Source: Octopus sinensis
Taxonomy: Eukaryota
DNA length: 64,000 bases
Assembly (NCBI RefSeq): GCF_006345805.1
Contig: NC_043021.1
Span: 15,376,001-15,440,000, forward strand
Reading direction: 5' to 3'
In this document: piece by piece, positions 51,321-63,416 of the stretch
Numbering within the stretch: the first letter of the stretch is position 1
Layout: the number at the start of each line of letters is the position of its first letter
Program-made: the position numbers and the translations under genes
The notes under the pieces: generated by a model
The model's input: only the letters and a program-made list of their open reading frames with translations
Databases searched by the model: none
What the model was told of the DNA's origin: nothing

Positions 51321-52754
51321 TCACGTTGTAGAAACCATAGTAATGCAGACCATAATGGTACAGTTTATAGTCCTCCAGTTCATTAGGTCTCCTTGAACTG
51401 TCCAACCCTTGCCACCATGGAAGACTAGCATTATATGATGATAACGGACAGTGGTGGTGGTGGTGGTAGTGATTTAGTAGTAGTATATGGAAATTAAGAA
51501 GCATAAATAAACCAGTGATGGTCTATGGCTAGCTAACCTATATTATTCCTGATTATCTGGGATAAACATTGCTTTAAGCTAACTTGAATTAACTTAATTC
51601 AAATTCATATTAATTATGTACGTTATGTAATTATAGAATAATGGTGTTTTTCCTTAATGGAACAGCCGTTGAAAGTGATTAAATTAAGCTGTATCTACAA
51701 GCTTTATGCTTTTCTGCTGATTATTTTAAATAATTATTGCTCTTGAGGATTGTTTTAGCCGATTATGTATACACATAGTTCTATATTTAAGAGATGAGGA
51801 ATTATTTACATTATTTACATTTGATGGGTGTATACACATGCATAATTTTTCCGCCTAGATTTACTGCAATGTTGCATCATGTTGGCGTCTGGTGACCAGT
51901 TATTACTTGAGCTCTTAATTACTGGTGGCCGATGCCAGTGCCGCCTTGACTGGCTTCTGTGCTGGTGGCACGTAAAAAGCACTAACCGATCGTGGCTGCT
52001 GCCAGCCTCCCCTGGCACCTGTGCCGGTGGCATGTAAAAAGCACCCACTACACTCACGGAGTGGTTGGCGTTAGGAAGCGCATCCAGCTGTAGAAACACT
52101 GCCAGATCAGACTGGAGCCTGGTGCAGCCTCCTGGCTTCCCAGATCCCAATCGAACTGTCCAACCTATGCTAGCATGGAAAACGGACGTTAAACGATGAT
52201 GATGATGATTATGAAGATGATATATTTCTTGATGTTTTCATGTCACCTTTTTTTTATATGACTGTATATTAAATTTTATTTTTTTTATAAACTTCACTTT
52301 CTGACAGTAAGGCTTGAAACGTATTGACTCTGAGTTTGACTGGGCTATTTCAATGATTTCAAAACTGAAGCCTCATTATGGCTATTATTCTACTCATAAT
52401 CCACAGCTGTGTGGGTAGACAGTATGATGGTTACTAAACTATAACGCATTTGCTCTGACAGTATGCTAGTATCTGCAAATTTTGATGATGATGATGATTG
52501 TTGTCATCATCATTTACTGTCCATTGTCCATGCTGGCAAGTTAGGGAGCTACATCAGACTCCAGTCTGCTGTGGCATGGTTTCTATGTCTGGATGCCCTT
52601 CCTACTGCCAACCACTTTATAGAGTGTGCTTTTATGTGGCACCACACAGGCATTTTTATGTGGTACTGCACCGGTGCTTTTACATGACACCATATGTACT
52701 TTTACGTTGTACCACCATGATGATGATAATAGTCCTTTCTACTAAAGGCACAAG

Positions 52755-52803
52755 AGTGCAGGATACTAACCCCAAGATTCCAAGTTCAATTCCAGGCAGT
52801 GAA

Positions 52804-52841
<38 letters not shown>

Positions 52842-53003
52842 CATCGAAAAATACTTTAGGAATGAGAACCCAGTTTCGAAATTTCCCCTGATGAAGGCTG
52901 GAGGGTATATCAGCCGAAACATTGTGTTAACAACAAACAAGATTAGGACAAATATCCGTCAAATGTAAATAATGTAAATAATTCCTCATTTCTTAAATAT
53001 AGA
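52755..53003 (+). mobile_element. SINE-like element F: B-box head, (AAT)n, hammerhead-like core; 14-bp TSD
   Basis: TSD ACTAAAGGCACAAG at 52741-52754 and 53004-53017; GTTCAATTCC at 52784-52793; CTGATGA-a-GGCTG-loop-CAGCC-GAAAC at 52888-52920; 3' fragments at ~37915-37990 and ~51777-51828 (-). Confidence 0.7.
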
Positions 53004-53627
53004 ACTAAAGGCACAAGGCTTGAAATTTTGTGGGAGGGGACTAGTCAATTACTTCAACCCCTGTGTTTTATTGGTACTTGACTTATCGACCCTGAAAGGG
53101 TGAAAGGCTACCTTGGGCTGAATTTGAACTCAAGGTCAAGACAGATGAAATGCCTCTATGCATTTTGTCTGACATGTTAACGATTTTACCAGTAGCTGCC
53201 TCATTGATAATAATAATAATAATAATAATGATGATAATAATAATAATAATAATAATAACACATCGAAAAATACTTTAGGAATGAGAACCCAGTTTCGAAA
53301 TTTCCCCTGATGAAGGCTGGAGGGTATATCAGCCGAAACATTGTGTTAACAACAAACAAGATTAGGACAAATATCCGTCAAATGTAAATAATGTAAATAA
53401 TTCCTCATTTCTTAAATATAGAACTAAAGGCACAAGGCTTGAAATTTTGTGGGAGGGGACTAGTCAATTACTTCAACCCCTGTGTTTTATTGGTACTTGA
53501 CTTATCGACCCTGAAAGGGTGAAAGGCTACCTTGGGCTGAATTTGAACTCAGAAGGTCAAGACAGATGAAATGCCTCTATGCATTTTGTCTGACATGTTA
53601 ACGATTTTACCAGTAGCTGCCTCATTG

Positions 53628-53650
<23 letters not shown>
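52810..53650. repeat. Near-identical tandem duplication, period 419-421 bp, bounded by (AAT)n
   Basis: CTGATGA at 52888 and 53307; the unique parts differ by little more than a 2-bp indel (GAACTCAAGG vs GAACTCAGAAGG). Confidence 0.92.
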
Positions 53651-53658
<8 letters not shown>

Positions 53659-53663
53659 TGATG

Positions 53664-53697
<34 letters not shown>

Positions 53698-53991
53698 TGA
53701 TGATAAAAATAATGATAATAATAATAATGATGATAATAATATAATAATGATGATAATAATAATAATGATGATAATAATAATAATAATGATAATAATAATA
53801 ATAATGGCACAGGGTAAGCAGTTTTAAGAGGAAGAGGAGGAGTTAGTTATATTGATCCCAATATCTCCCTGAAGAGCCGAAAGTCAAAATTGACCTTGGT
53901 GGGTTTTGATCCTTGAATGTAAAGCCAGGAGAAATACCACAAGGCATGGCATTTTCTTCTGTTGTTCTGATCATTCTGCCAATCTACAACC

Positions 53992-54036
<45 letters not shown>

Positions 54037-54042
54037 GTAATA

Positions 54043-54073
<31 letters not shown>

Positions 54074-54924
54074 ATCTAGTGTGAACAAGAGGTATGATTG
54101 CTATGAGACTTTGTTCAGAAACCTATAATTATGTGTCTCTTTCATTTATTGTGTTCTTAAATGGCTTAAAGAAAAGTATAGAAGATAAAAAAAAAAAAAA
54201 CTCAAAGAAAACAAAATGATCTATCTGCTGGAAGGACAGCTAAAGAAGGCATTACCAATAATCAGCTTAATAGCTTTTACACAACACACACACATACACA
54301 CACAATGTATATATCATTTTCATCTCTGTTTTCCATGCTAGCTTGGGTTGATTGGTTGGTACAAGATCAAATGATGTTTTGCTCCAATGTTTCAGTTTTT
54401 CACTGGGTTTTTGCAGCTGGATGTCCTACCTAATGCCAACCACTTTACAAAATGTACTGGGTGCATTTTATATGCGTGTTTGTTTTTATATGTAACTTGG
54501 CATAAAAACATACATTAATATGTGTGTGTGTGTGTGTGTGTGTGTGTACCATCATCATTTTTGACATCCTCTTCCCTTGCTGGTGTGGGTTGGACAGTTT
54601 GACTAGAACTGCTTAGCAGCTTCCAGTCTGATTTGGCATGGTTTCTATGGCTGGATGCCCTTCCTAACACCAACCTCTCCAACAGTGTAATGAGTGGTTG
54701 GCATTAGAAAAGGCATCCAACTGTAGAAGCCATGCCAAATCAAACTGGAACCTAGTGCATATATATATGCACACACACACACACACAAATACATTTGTGT
54801 GTGTGTGTGTGTGTGTTTGTAAAAGCATGTTACTAGATCATACTCATATGCATCTGACAGCTATGGTGTTTTTCATATAAGGCTATTTATCAAGTTGATT
54901 GTCATCTCTCACACACTCTCTCTC

Positions 54925-54955
<31 letters not shown>

Positions 54956-55019
54956 GTGTGTGTGTGTGTGTGTCTAGATAGTCAGTCACAGAAAGATAGA
55001 GAGATGTAGATATGCCTAT

Positions 55020-55721
55020 CCTTTTGCGTGGGATTCTGCACATGTCGTTAGCTTATTAATTTTACTAAGACTAATATCCCACCGTGTCTAACAGTGTTAA
55101 AAAAAAACAAAAAAACACTGGATTATAGAATATTACGTGATTTTGTCCAATTTCTCTCTAATCTGTTCAAATATAATTTAATACCGCTCGAGGCGAGTAT
55201 AAAGACAAAACCTGCCATCCTTCCTTTCACTTTTTTTTTGCATTTTATTTGTCTTGATTTTTTTTGTCTTTCACCAACTTAATCTCGTTTGGTGTCTCCT
55301 GTTTTCCTGGCTAATTATTATACCTGTCTCTTAATAATTCCAGAATTACAGTTGGGTGTTTCTGGAAAGAGCCTCGTGTTGTTGTTTAGTGTAGTTGTTG
55401 TTGTTGTTAGGGTTTTGCACTTAAAAAAAAAAATCTTGTGATTATGGTTTCAGTTCGTGGACCAAGCAGTGCATTGCACTCTTGAGCAAAACACTTCATT
55501 CCATGTTGCTCTGCATCCACTCTGACACCTGAGAGAAATTGGACAAAATCACATAATATTCTATAATCCAGTGGTTTTTTTTAACACTGTTAGACATGGT
55601 GGGATATTAGTCTTAGTAAAATTAATAAGCTAACGACATGTGCAGAATCCCACGCAAAAGGCATCCAGCCATAGAAACCATGCCAAATCCCATGTTGCTC
55701 TGCATCCACTCTGACACCTGA
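55020..55721. repeat. Local inverted duplication / templated insertion with 32-bp flanking direct repeat
   Basis: 55531-55661 is the reverse complement of 55020-55158; 55660-55689 is the exact reverse complement of 54630-54659; 55501-55532 = 55690-55721. Confidence 0.9.
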
Positions 55722-56265
55722 TGCGTGGCACTCTTGTACACCTGTACAGGTAATGTCAATTTGATGGATGGAATGAGCTTGTGTGCAGCCTAAACATTGC
55801 ATCACTATGAACATCTGCACATGTTGTTCAACGAGAAATTGCAGAAACCTCATTTGTCCTCTACCACACGAGTGCCCCCAGTACTTGTGCACATGCATAA
55901 AATAGGTTCCTTTATCCATTCTATTGGTTTCGGTCATTGATTTTTGGTCACACTGGATGGGTTTTAATGAGTTACATTGAATTCCCATTCCTCCCCGTTA
56001 CTCAATCTGGTCGTCCTTTTATCGATTTTCATTTAACAATCGCTTTGAGTTCACATATGTTCTTTTAGGGAGTTACCTCCTCTTTGGGTGCATATACAAC
56101 AATGCTGCATTGTACATGCACCTTTGCTGCCATTCAGTATTGCACTTCAGATGCAATTGTTGTATATTTGCTTAAAGAGAGAATCACTCTGTTACCAGCA
56201 GGCATAAGTAACACCCTGAACTTCTTCCCTGCCACTCTGTTCTGCTGCTGCTGCTGCTGCTGCTG

Positions 56266-56337
<72 letters not shown>

Positions 56338-56409
56338 GAACTTGAAACACACACACACATACATACATATATACATACATATACATATATATATATATAT
56401 ATGTGTATG

Positions 56410-56442
<33 letters not shown>

Positions 56443-58697
56443 ATATATGAATGTTCTTTACTCTCCATCGTGGCTTTCGTCATGTCTAGAACACAGAGGA
56501 AGGAACTAATTAACTAATGAAATTCGTTTCTAGCAGTCTCATCAGACGTAATTAGTCAGGCCATGTTTGTTCTCTAATGTACTTATTATTTGTTCCCTCT
56601 GATTACATTGTCTAGATGAACTATTATGTCTGTGCTGTGGAGTAGTCGTGGTAACATGCAAATATGTATTTGTAGATGTGTGTGTGTTTGTGTTTATACA
56701 TCTATACTATCTATGTAGATCTCTCTCTCTAAATATGTGTGTGTGTCTATACGTATAGAGAAGTTTAGATCTCACCTTGTAAAGCTGACAATTGTTTCTA
56801 TTGCATTAACATACATACAGACACATATATATATATATACACACATACATAATATGCATACATAAACATATGCACAGTCATATACATACATATGTACGTA
56901 CGTACGTACGCATGTCACATCACAAGAGACTACAGAAGTTGATATGGAAGATGTCAAGAAACAAGCTGAAAGGATACATTGAATAGATTTGACAAATATT
57001 GAAGACTGGATGCCCAAAGCCATAAGTTATAAAGAAATAAAAATGCCTTTACCCAGTAGTGGAAGAGCTATAACTGGTTTGATTGGTTGATGCGCACGCA
57101 CACACACACACACACCAACCAACCAACCAACCAACCAACCATCGCTGCAGTGCATCTTGTGACAATCCAAAAGTTTCACCTCTAACATTGCAATACGATT
57201 GGCCCTGATCGCTCTCTTCTATCATTGCATTGAAAGCAGACGTTAAACAATGATGATAATGATGATGATAATCTGGTTCCAAAAAAAGTCTCTGATTAAA
57301 ATAACTCTGCCATAACTGAATAGGTTTTGATCTAATGTTGACGGGTATGTGTATATAGATCGGTGTAAAAATAAACAGTCCCCTGACACTGCAATGTAAA
57401 CATGAGTGATAATCTGTGCATTCCGGGTAGCTGAGCATTGCAGATGGTCGATGGGGGTCTGCTTTTGCAGTCCAAGCAGAATCTTTGATCTCTGACTTGG
57501 TTAGCAGAAATCAATTTGTGTTAAGCAGAATACTATTCATTTAACTCTGTCTCTTATCCTTTCAGAGTGGATAAAATATGTGCAAAGTTGAGCACTGGCA
57601 TCAGTGTAATCGACTTACCAATTCCTCTGAAATTGCTAGCCTTGTGCCAAAATTTGAAACCAATATTAAGTAGGCCAAATCAACCTCGATACTCGACTGG
57701 TACTTCATTTCATTGACTGACCTCCTTCCTCATTTCTAGCAGGACAAAAAGCAATATTTGAATCTCATTTACATCAGGTTTACCTTTCACCTTTCATCAT
57801 TTAGTGTCCCTGTTCCCCCGATGGCATGAGTTGGCCTAATTGTCAGGAAGTGACAAGTCCAAAGACTGCACCATGTTCCACTGTCTACTTTGGCTTGGGT
57901 CCTATGGCTTGATGTTCTCCCTGACACCAGCAATTTTACAGCATGTATTGGGTGCCTTTTTTTCATGGCACCGGCACCAGTGATGTTACCAAGCAGCTTG
58001 CTAGACAGGGTTAACAAAAACAAAGTACTAAACAACTACTGGAGAAGTGGAAGCGTGTAGCTTAGTGGTTAGGGTGTTGGACTCATGATAATAAGATTGT
58101 GGTTTCAATTCCTGGATTGGGCGACATGTTGTGTTCTTGAGCAAAACACTTAATTTCACGTTGTTCCTCTCTACTCAGCTGGCAAAATTGAGTAATCCTC
58201 TGATAGACTGGCATCCTATCCAGGTGGGGAATTCATACCCCATGAAACAGCGAAACTGGCCCTTATGAGTTGGCATGATTTGAAAATGTAACTTTACTCT
58301 ACTCTTATTTTTTTTTTTGACAACTACAGGAGTTGATGGAATTGACTTTGCATATCCCTAAAAAATTTATAACCAAAAAACACACCTTGTAAAGCAAGTT
58401 TGTTGATGGAGCAAAAAGACAGGTCAAATTGTAGTGATAGTGTGTGTGTGTATGTGTCGATGTAGTAGTGATACTGTTAATGTCAATCAGGACTTGTCTA
58501 GTTTGTGGAATGTCAGATATTGATAACTTATGACTTGGGTGGGGTTGGGGGTGCCACTAGCAGTGAGGTGTGGTGGTGGTGGGGATGTTTGGGTATGAGT
58601 ACAAAGTTCAGAGACAAATATTCGTTTCTCTGCTCGATTTATTTGTGACATTGATTGGGTTGCTATGTAACGAGAACCTTGTGTGTGCATGCATGCA

Positions 58698-58729
<32 letters not shown>

Positions 58730-58736
58730 CGCACGC

Positions 58737-59164
58737 GCATGTATGTGTGTGTGTGTGTGTGGAAGTGATAGGACTGAAATTATCTTGCTTGTTTCATTTT
58801 GTTATCGAGAACAAGGTGAATGTCGTTATTCGTATTATTTATGTAATTATTAATTAAACACTTACTCTCCCTCTCTCCATCCCTCCTCTGCTATCTCTTC
58901 TTTCTCTCCCATTCTCCTTTTATCCGCTCTTCTCTCACTCCCTCACCCTCCATACTCAAGACCTATTTACATTAAATATATTCCACTCTACCTCTTGGCA
59001 TATATTTCATTCTTGTTATCTTGCTTCCACTTTTTTTTTTTTTTTGCTAAATCTTACATTTTAATACAATGTGTCGTGTATGCATATGTGTTGTGCGTGT
59101 GTGCACTTGCATTGTATTTGTGCACATGTGGGCATGTACACATTAGTGCATGCAAGCATCTACA

Positions 59165-59197
<33 letters not shown>

Positions 59198-59437
59198 GTA
59201 TACTCGTCATGGCATTGATGAAAACACCTGAAATATGATTTTTTTTTCTCTTTAACAGTTTTCATTTGTTAATGTCCTTCCTCTCACCTTCCCTCATCAT
59301 ACATTCCTCCTTTGTTATCTGAGCTCTCTTTTTCCTATTGAATGTTACATTTAAAGTTGTGCATGCATGTGTGTGTGTGTGCGGCGATGTATATATGTGT
59401 ATGATGTTGAGTGTGTGTGTGTGTGTATATATATCCA

Positions 59438-59477
<40 letters not shown>

Positions 59478-60200
59478 CGCATGTATGTGTGTGTGTGTGT
59501 GTGGAAGTGATAGGACTGAAATTATCTTGCTTGTTTCATTTTGTTATCGAGAACAAGGTGAATGTCGTTATTCGTATTATTTATGTAATTATTAATTAAA
59601 CACTTACTCCCCCTCTCTCCATCCCTCCTCTGCTATCTCTTCTTTCTCTCCCATTCTCCTTTTATCCGCTCTTCTCTCACTCCCTCACCCTCCATACTCA
59701 AGACCTATTTACATTAAATATATTCCACTCTACCTCTTGGCATATATTTCATTCTTGTTATCTTGCTTCCACTTTTTTTTTTTTTTTGCTAAATCTTACA
59801 TTTTAATACAATGTGTCGTGTATGCATATGTGTTGTGCGTGTGTGCACTTGCATTGTATTTGTGCACATGTGGGCATGTACACATTAGTGCATGCAAGCA
59901 TCTACATGCACACACACACACACACATATACGTATACTCGTCATGGCATTGATGAAAACACCTGAAATATGATTTTTTTTTCTCTTTAACAGTTTTCATT
60001 TGTTAATGTCCTTCCTCTCACCTTCCCTCATCATACATTCCTCCTTTGTTATCTGAGCTCTCTTTTTCCTATTGAATGTTACATTTAAAGTTGTGCATGC
60101 ATGTGTGTGTGTGTGCGGCGATGTATATATGTGTATGATGTTGAGTGTGTGTGTGTGTATATATATCCATGTTTGTGTGTGTGTGTGTGTGTGTGTGTGG
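58737..60200. repeat. Near-identical tandem duplication, period ~742 bp, with junctions in (TG)n
   Basis: GGAAGTGATAGGACTG at 58761 and 59503; visible differences are a C-run and microsatellite lengths. Confidence 0.92.
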
Positions 60201-61375
60201 TGATGTATATATGTGTATGATGTTGAGTGTATGTATGTGTATATATATCCATGTTTGTGTATGTGTGTGTGTGAGAGAGAGAGAGACATTGTGTGTGTAA
60301 CTATGTAAATGTGTGTGTAGCGCCATTGAAGAAATACCTGGAATTTTTCGGTCTATTCCTTTGTGTCCTCTGTCTTGTTTTCTTGTGTGTTCTTCCACTT
60401 ACTCAGGTATATTTTTATTGAACCTTTCAAATTAACCATTTCTGCCAGCTAATTGCTCACACAGCTCTTTTTTTTTTTTTTGCTTGGTTTGTTGTATTTT
60501 TCTATCATTTTTAATTGCTTTATGTCAACAAATTACAAATTGCTTGGGTTGTGTTCAGTGTATTCAGTTTAAACTTAAATTAATAACAACCACCAGCGTA
60601 ACTTCTCCATTAGTTAGGGGCCCTTTTTTTTTTTCATCCACGCGTATGGATTGTTTTAAAGTTAAGTTGTTTCTTGTAGTTCTTCCTATTATTGTCTGCC
60701 TGCTCAAAGATATTTGGCAATTCATGAGAAGATTCCATCCTGTTTCTGTTTATGCACGCACACACACACACACATGCACATACACTTCAGGGGGGTACTT
60801 GCCTAGCAGGTGATTCCATGTGAGTGTGTTGAAACTAAAGTGATTCCAGCATGGAAGATGCGTATTAACCAGTCAAAAACATGCAAACACTGCTAACTTC
60901 ACTGAAACATCATTTGGTGTCAAAATTTGTCACACCGATCACATCAGTGACCAGGTTGAAGTTGGTGTGAAGAAAATTTTGCCATCAAATAATCAGTGTT
61001 TAAATGAAGCTTGAGTTTTTGTATGTTTTGGAATGGCTAATATGAATCTTCTATCTTGTAATTGTGTGTGTGTGTGTGTGTTCATATGCTTTTGCTTTTG
61101 CTTTTAGATGTTTCAGTCATTTGACTGTGGCCATGCTGGGGCACCACCTTGAAGGGTTTTAGTCGAACAAATTGGCCCCAGGACGTATTATTTTTTTCAA
61201 AGCCTACTACTTTTTTTATTGGTCTCTTTTGCCAAACTGCTAAATTACGGGGATGTAAACACACCAACAGCGGTTGTCAAGCAGTGATGGGGTGACAAAC
61301 ATGGACACGAAAACACACATATATAGACACACACACACACACATACACATACACACTCACTCTCTCTCTCTCTCA

Positions 61376-61421
<46 letters not shown>

Positions 61422-62309
61422 GTTGGAATTTATAAAACAACATGTGGTTTTGTGGTTAGGGTGTTGTACTCATGGTTCTAATTTTGTGGTTTTGATTCCT
61501 GGACCAGGCGACGCATTGTGTTCTTGAGCAAGACACTTCATTCCATGTTGCTCCAGTCCACTCAGCTGACACAGACGAGTGACCCTACAAGAGACCAGCA
61601 TCTCATTTAACCGGGTAACATATATTCCACAGAATGAGGGAAACTGGTTTTATGAGTCTATGGCTCAGAAAAGATCTTTGACCCTTAGTTGTATGCACAT
61701 GCATGCATACACACACACACATATGTATATATTATTTGCCATGCTGCTGTACCTCTGCAATAATTTTATTGTTAAGAAATAAAGCCCTGCAGACATCTGT
61801 GTAGTCTGACATCCTGTTTCTATTCACACACATATAATGAGGGTGTGTGACCTTGTGGTTAAGGTGTTGCCCTCGTGATCACAAGATAGTGGTTTCGATT
61901 CCTGGATTGAGTGGTGCATTGTGTTCTTGTGCAAAACTCTTCATTTCACACTGCCCCAGTCCACTCAGCTGTAAAAGAGTAACCCTGCAATGGACCAGTG
62001 TCAGGAATATTGCCATCACAGTCAATTATACTCTAGAGAAACCAAGTAACCAGCCCTATGGGCCTTAGGACTTGAGATAGTAATGTCCATGTATGTGCAT
62101 ACATAGATGTGTACATTATTTGTCATATTGCTGTATTTATGACGATAATTTTGTTCAGGAATAAACCACTACTAAGTTCTGTGTAAAGGGTAAAGACCCC
62201 CTTCAGTCATGAATGACCATGGGATTGCACCGAGAAAGTTCCCCTCTGAGGCAGAAGTCTGGGTAAGGTTGTTTATGGAGGACCTGCAGTCACCCATGCA
62301 TTTAAGTGT

Positions 62310-62600
62310 GATCGTTGCCAGTGCTGCCAGACTGGTTCCTATGCAGGTGGCATGTAAAAAGCATCATTTTAGCTTGGCCAATGCCAATACCGCCTGACTG
62401 GCCCTCGCGGCAGTGGCACGTAAAAGCACCCACTACACTCTCGGAGTGGTTGGCGTTAGGAAGGGCATCCATCTGTAAAAACACTGCCAGATCAGACTGG
62501 AGCCTGGTGCAGCCTCCTGGCTTCCCAGACCCCAGTCGAGCTGTCCAACCCATGCCAGCATGGAAAGCGGATGTTAAACGATGATGATGATGACCATGAC
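62310..62600 (+). mobile_element. Retroposon family C with (GAT)n tail
   Basis: Close match to ~51925-52210. Confidence 0.85.
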
Positions 62601-63230
62601 GATGATTTATTATGGTCAGAATTAGCTGCTTTAGTTTCAATTTTCCTTTAAATCTTGTCTGTGTGTGTTTTATATATAAAAAAAAAAAACAAGCATCTAG
62701 TGAAGAATTAATATATTGCTCAGAGCTTTGAAATAGTCAGGTTGGCTTTTTGTAGTAAATATATATTCGTGTGTGTGTCTGTGTGTGTGTGTGACTAGGT
62801 TGAAGTTTGATGAAAATTTTGATGAAAACTAATAAATGTTTGAGTGAAGTTAACAAGTTTTGTTTGTTTTTGACTGGTTAATAATGTGTGCCTTCCAAGC
62901 TGTAATTGCTTTAGTTTCCTCCAAAAGTCTCTGATCAAATCACTTGCTAGACATCTCATTAGCATCATCGTTTAGTGTCTCTTTTCCCCGGTTGCCACGG
63001 GCTGGATGATTTGACAAGATCTGACAAGCTGCATCACTGTTTCAAATTCCAGTGTCAGCCTGTGAAAGCCACACGATTCTATGACTCCATATATTATACT
63101 ACAGATTTACGAATATATATTTTGTAAACTTACCCAAGCATACATGGAAGATGGACGTTAAACAGTGATGGTGATGATGATGATATTTTGTAAACTAACT
63201 TTGGAAGTGCTGCATGTGTTTCGTATTTTA

Positions 63231-63416
63231 CAGACAAATATTTCAAATGCAGTATAGCCGTGAAAACAGCAGAAAGAGTGGGTATTTTACCCTTATAAAA
63301 TGGTAAAATACTGTGGCTGTCTGCTGACTATTTTTTCTGTCTTACACAGGTAAAATACCCAATCTTTTTGCTGTTTTCATAGCTATACTACATTGGAAAT
63401 ATTAGTTTCTTGACTG
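63231..63416. mobile_element. Tc1/mariner-type MITE (~186 bp)
   Basis: TA|CAGAC…AATATTTCAAATGCAGTATAGCCGTGAAAACAGCAGAAAGAGTGGGTATTTTACC mirrored at the right end (…GACTG|TA); TA TSD at 63229-30 and 63417-18. Confidence 0.8.

Noticed and set aside
52290-52335. CTGACAG...GAAACGTA hammerhead look-alike
   Set aside because: Core reads CUGACAG rather than CUGANGA and there is no convincing stem I or II.
58330-58362. Acceptor followed by GVDGIDFAYP*, reminiscent of the GH18 chitinase DxDxE motif
   Set aside because: Lacks the catalytic DxE residues and stops immediately.
60361-60412. Long pyrimidine tract-CAG|GTATAT as a second recursive site
   Set aside because: The regenerated donor is weak and there is no downstream donor or open exon.
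63310-63356. CTGAC...TTTTTTCTGTCTTACACAG|GTAAAA splice-like motif
   Set aside because: The AG|GT lies at the inner end of the right TIR of the MITE at 63231-63416, so it is explained by the element.
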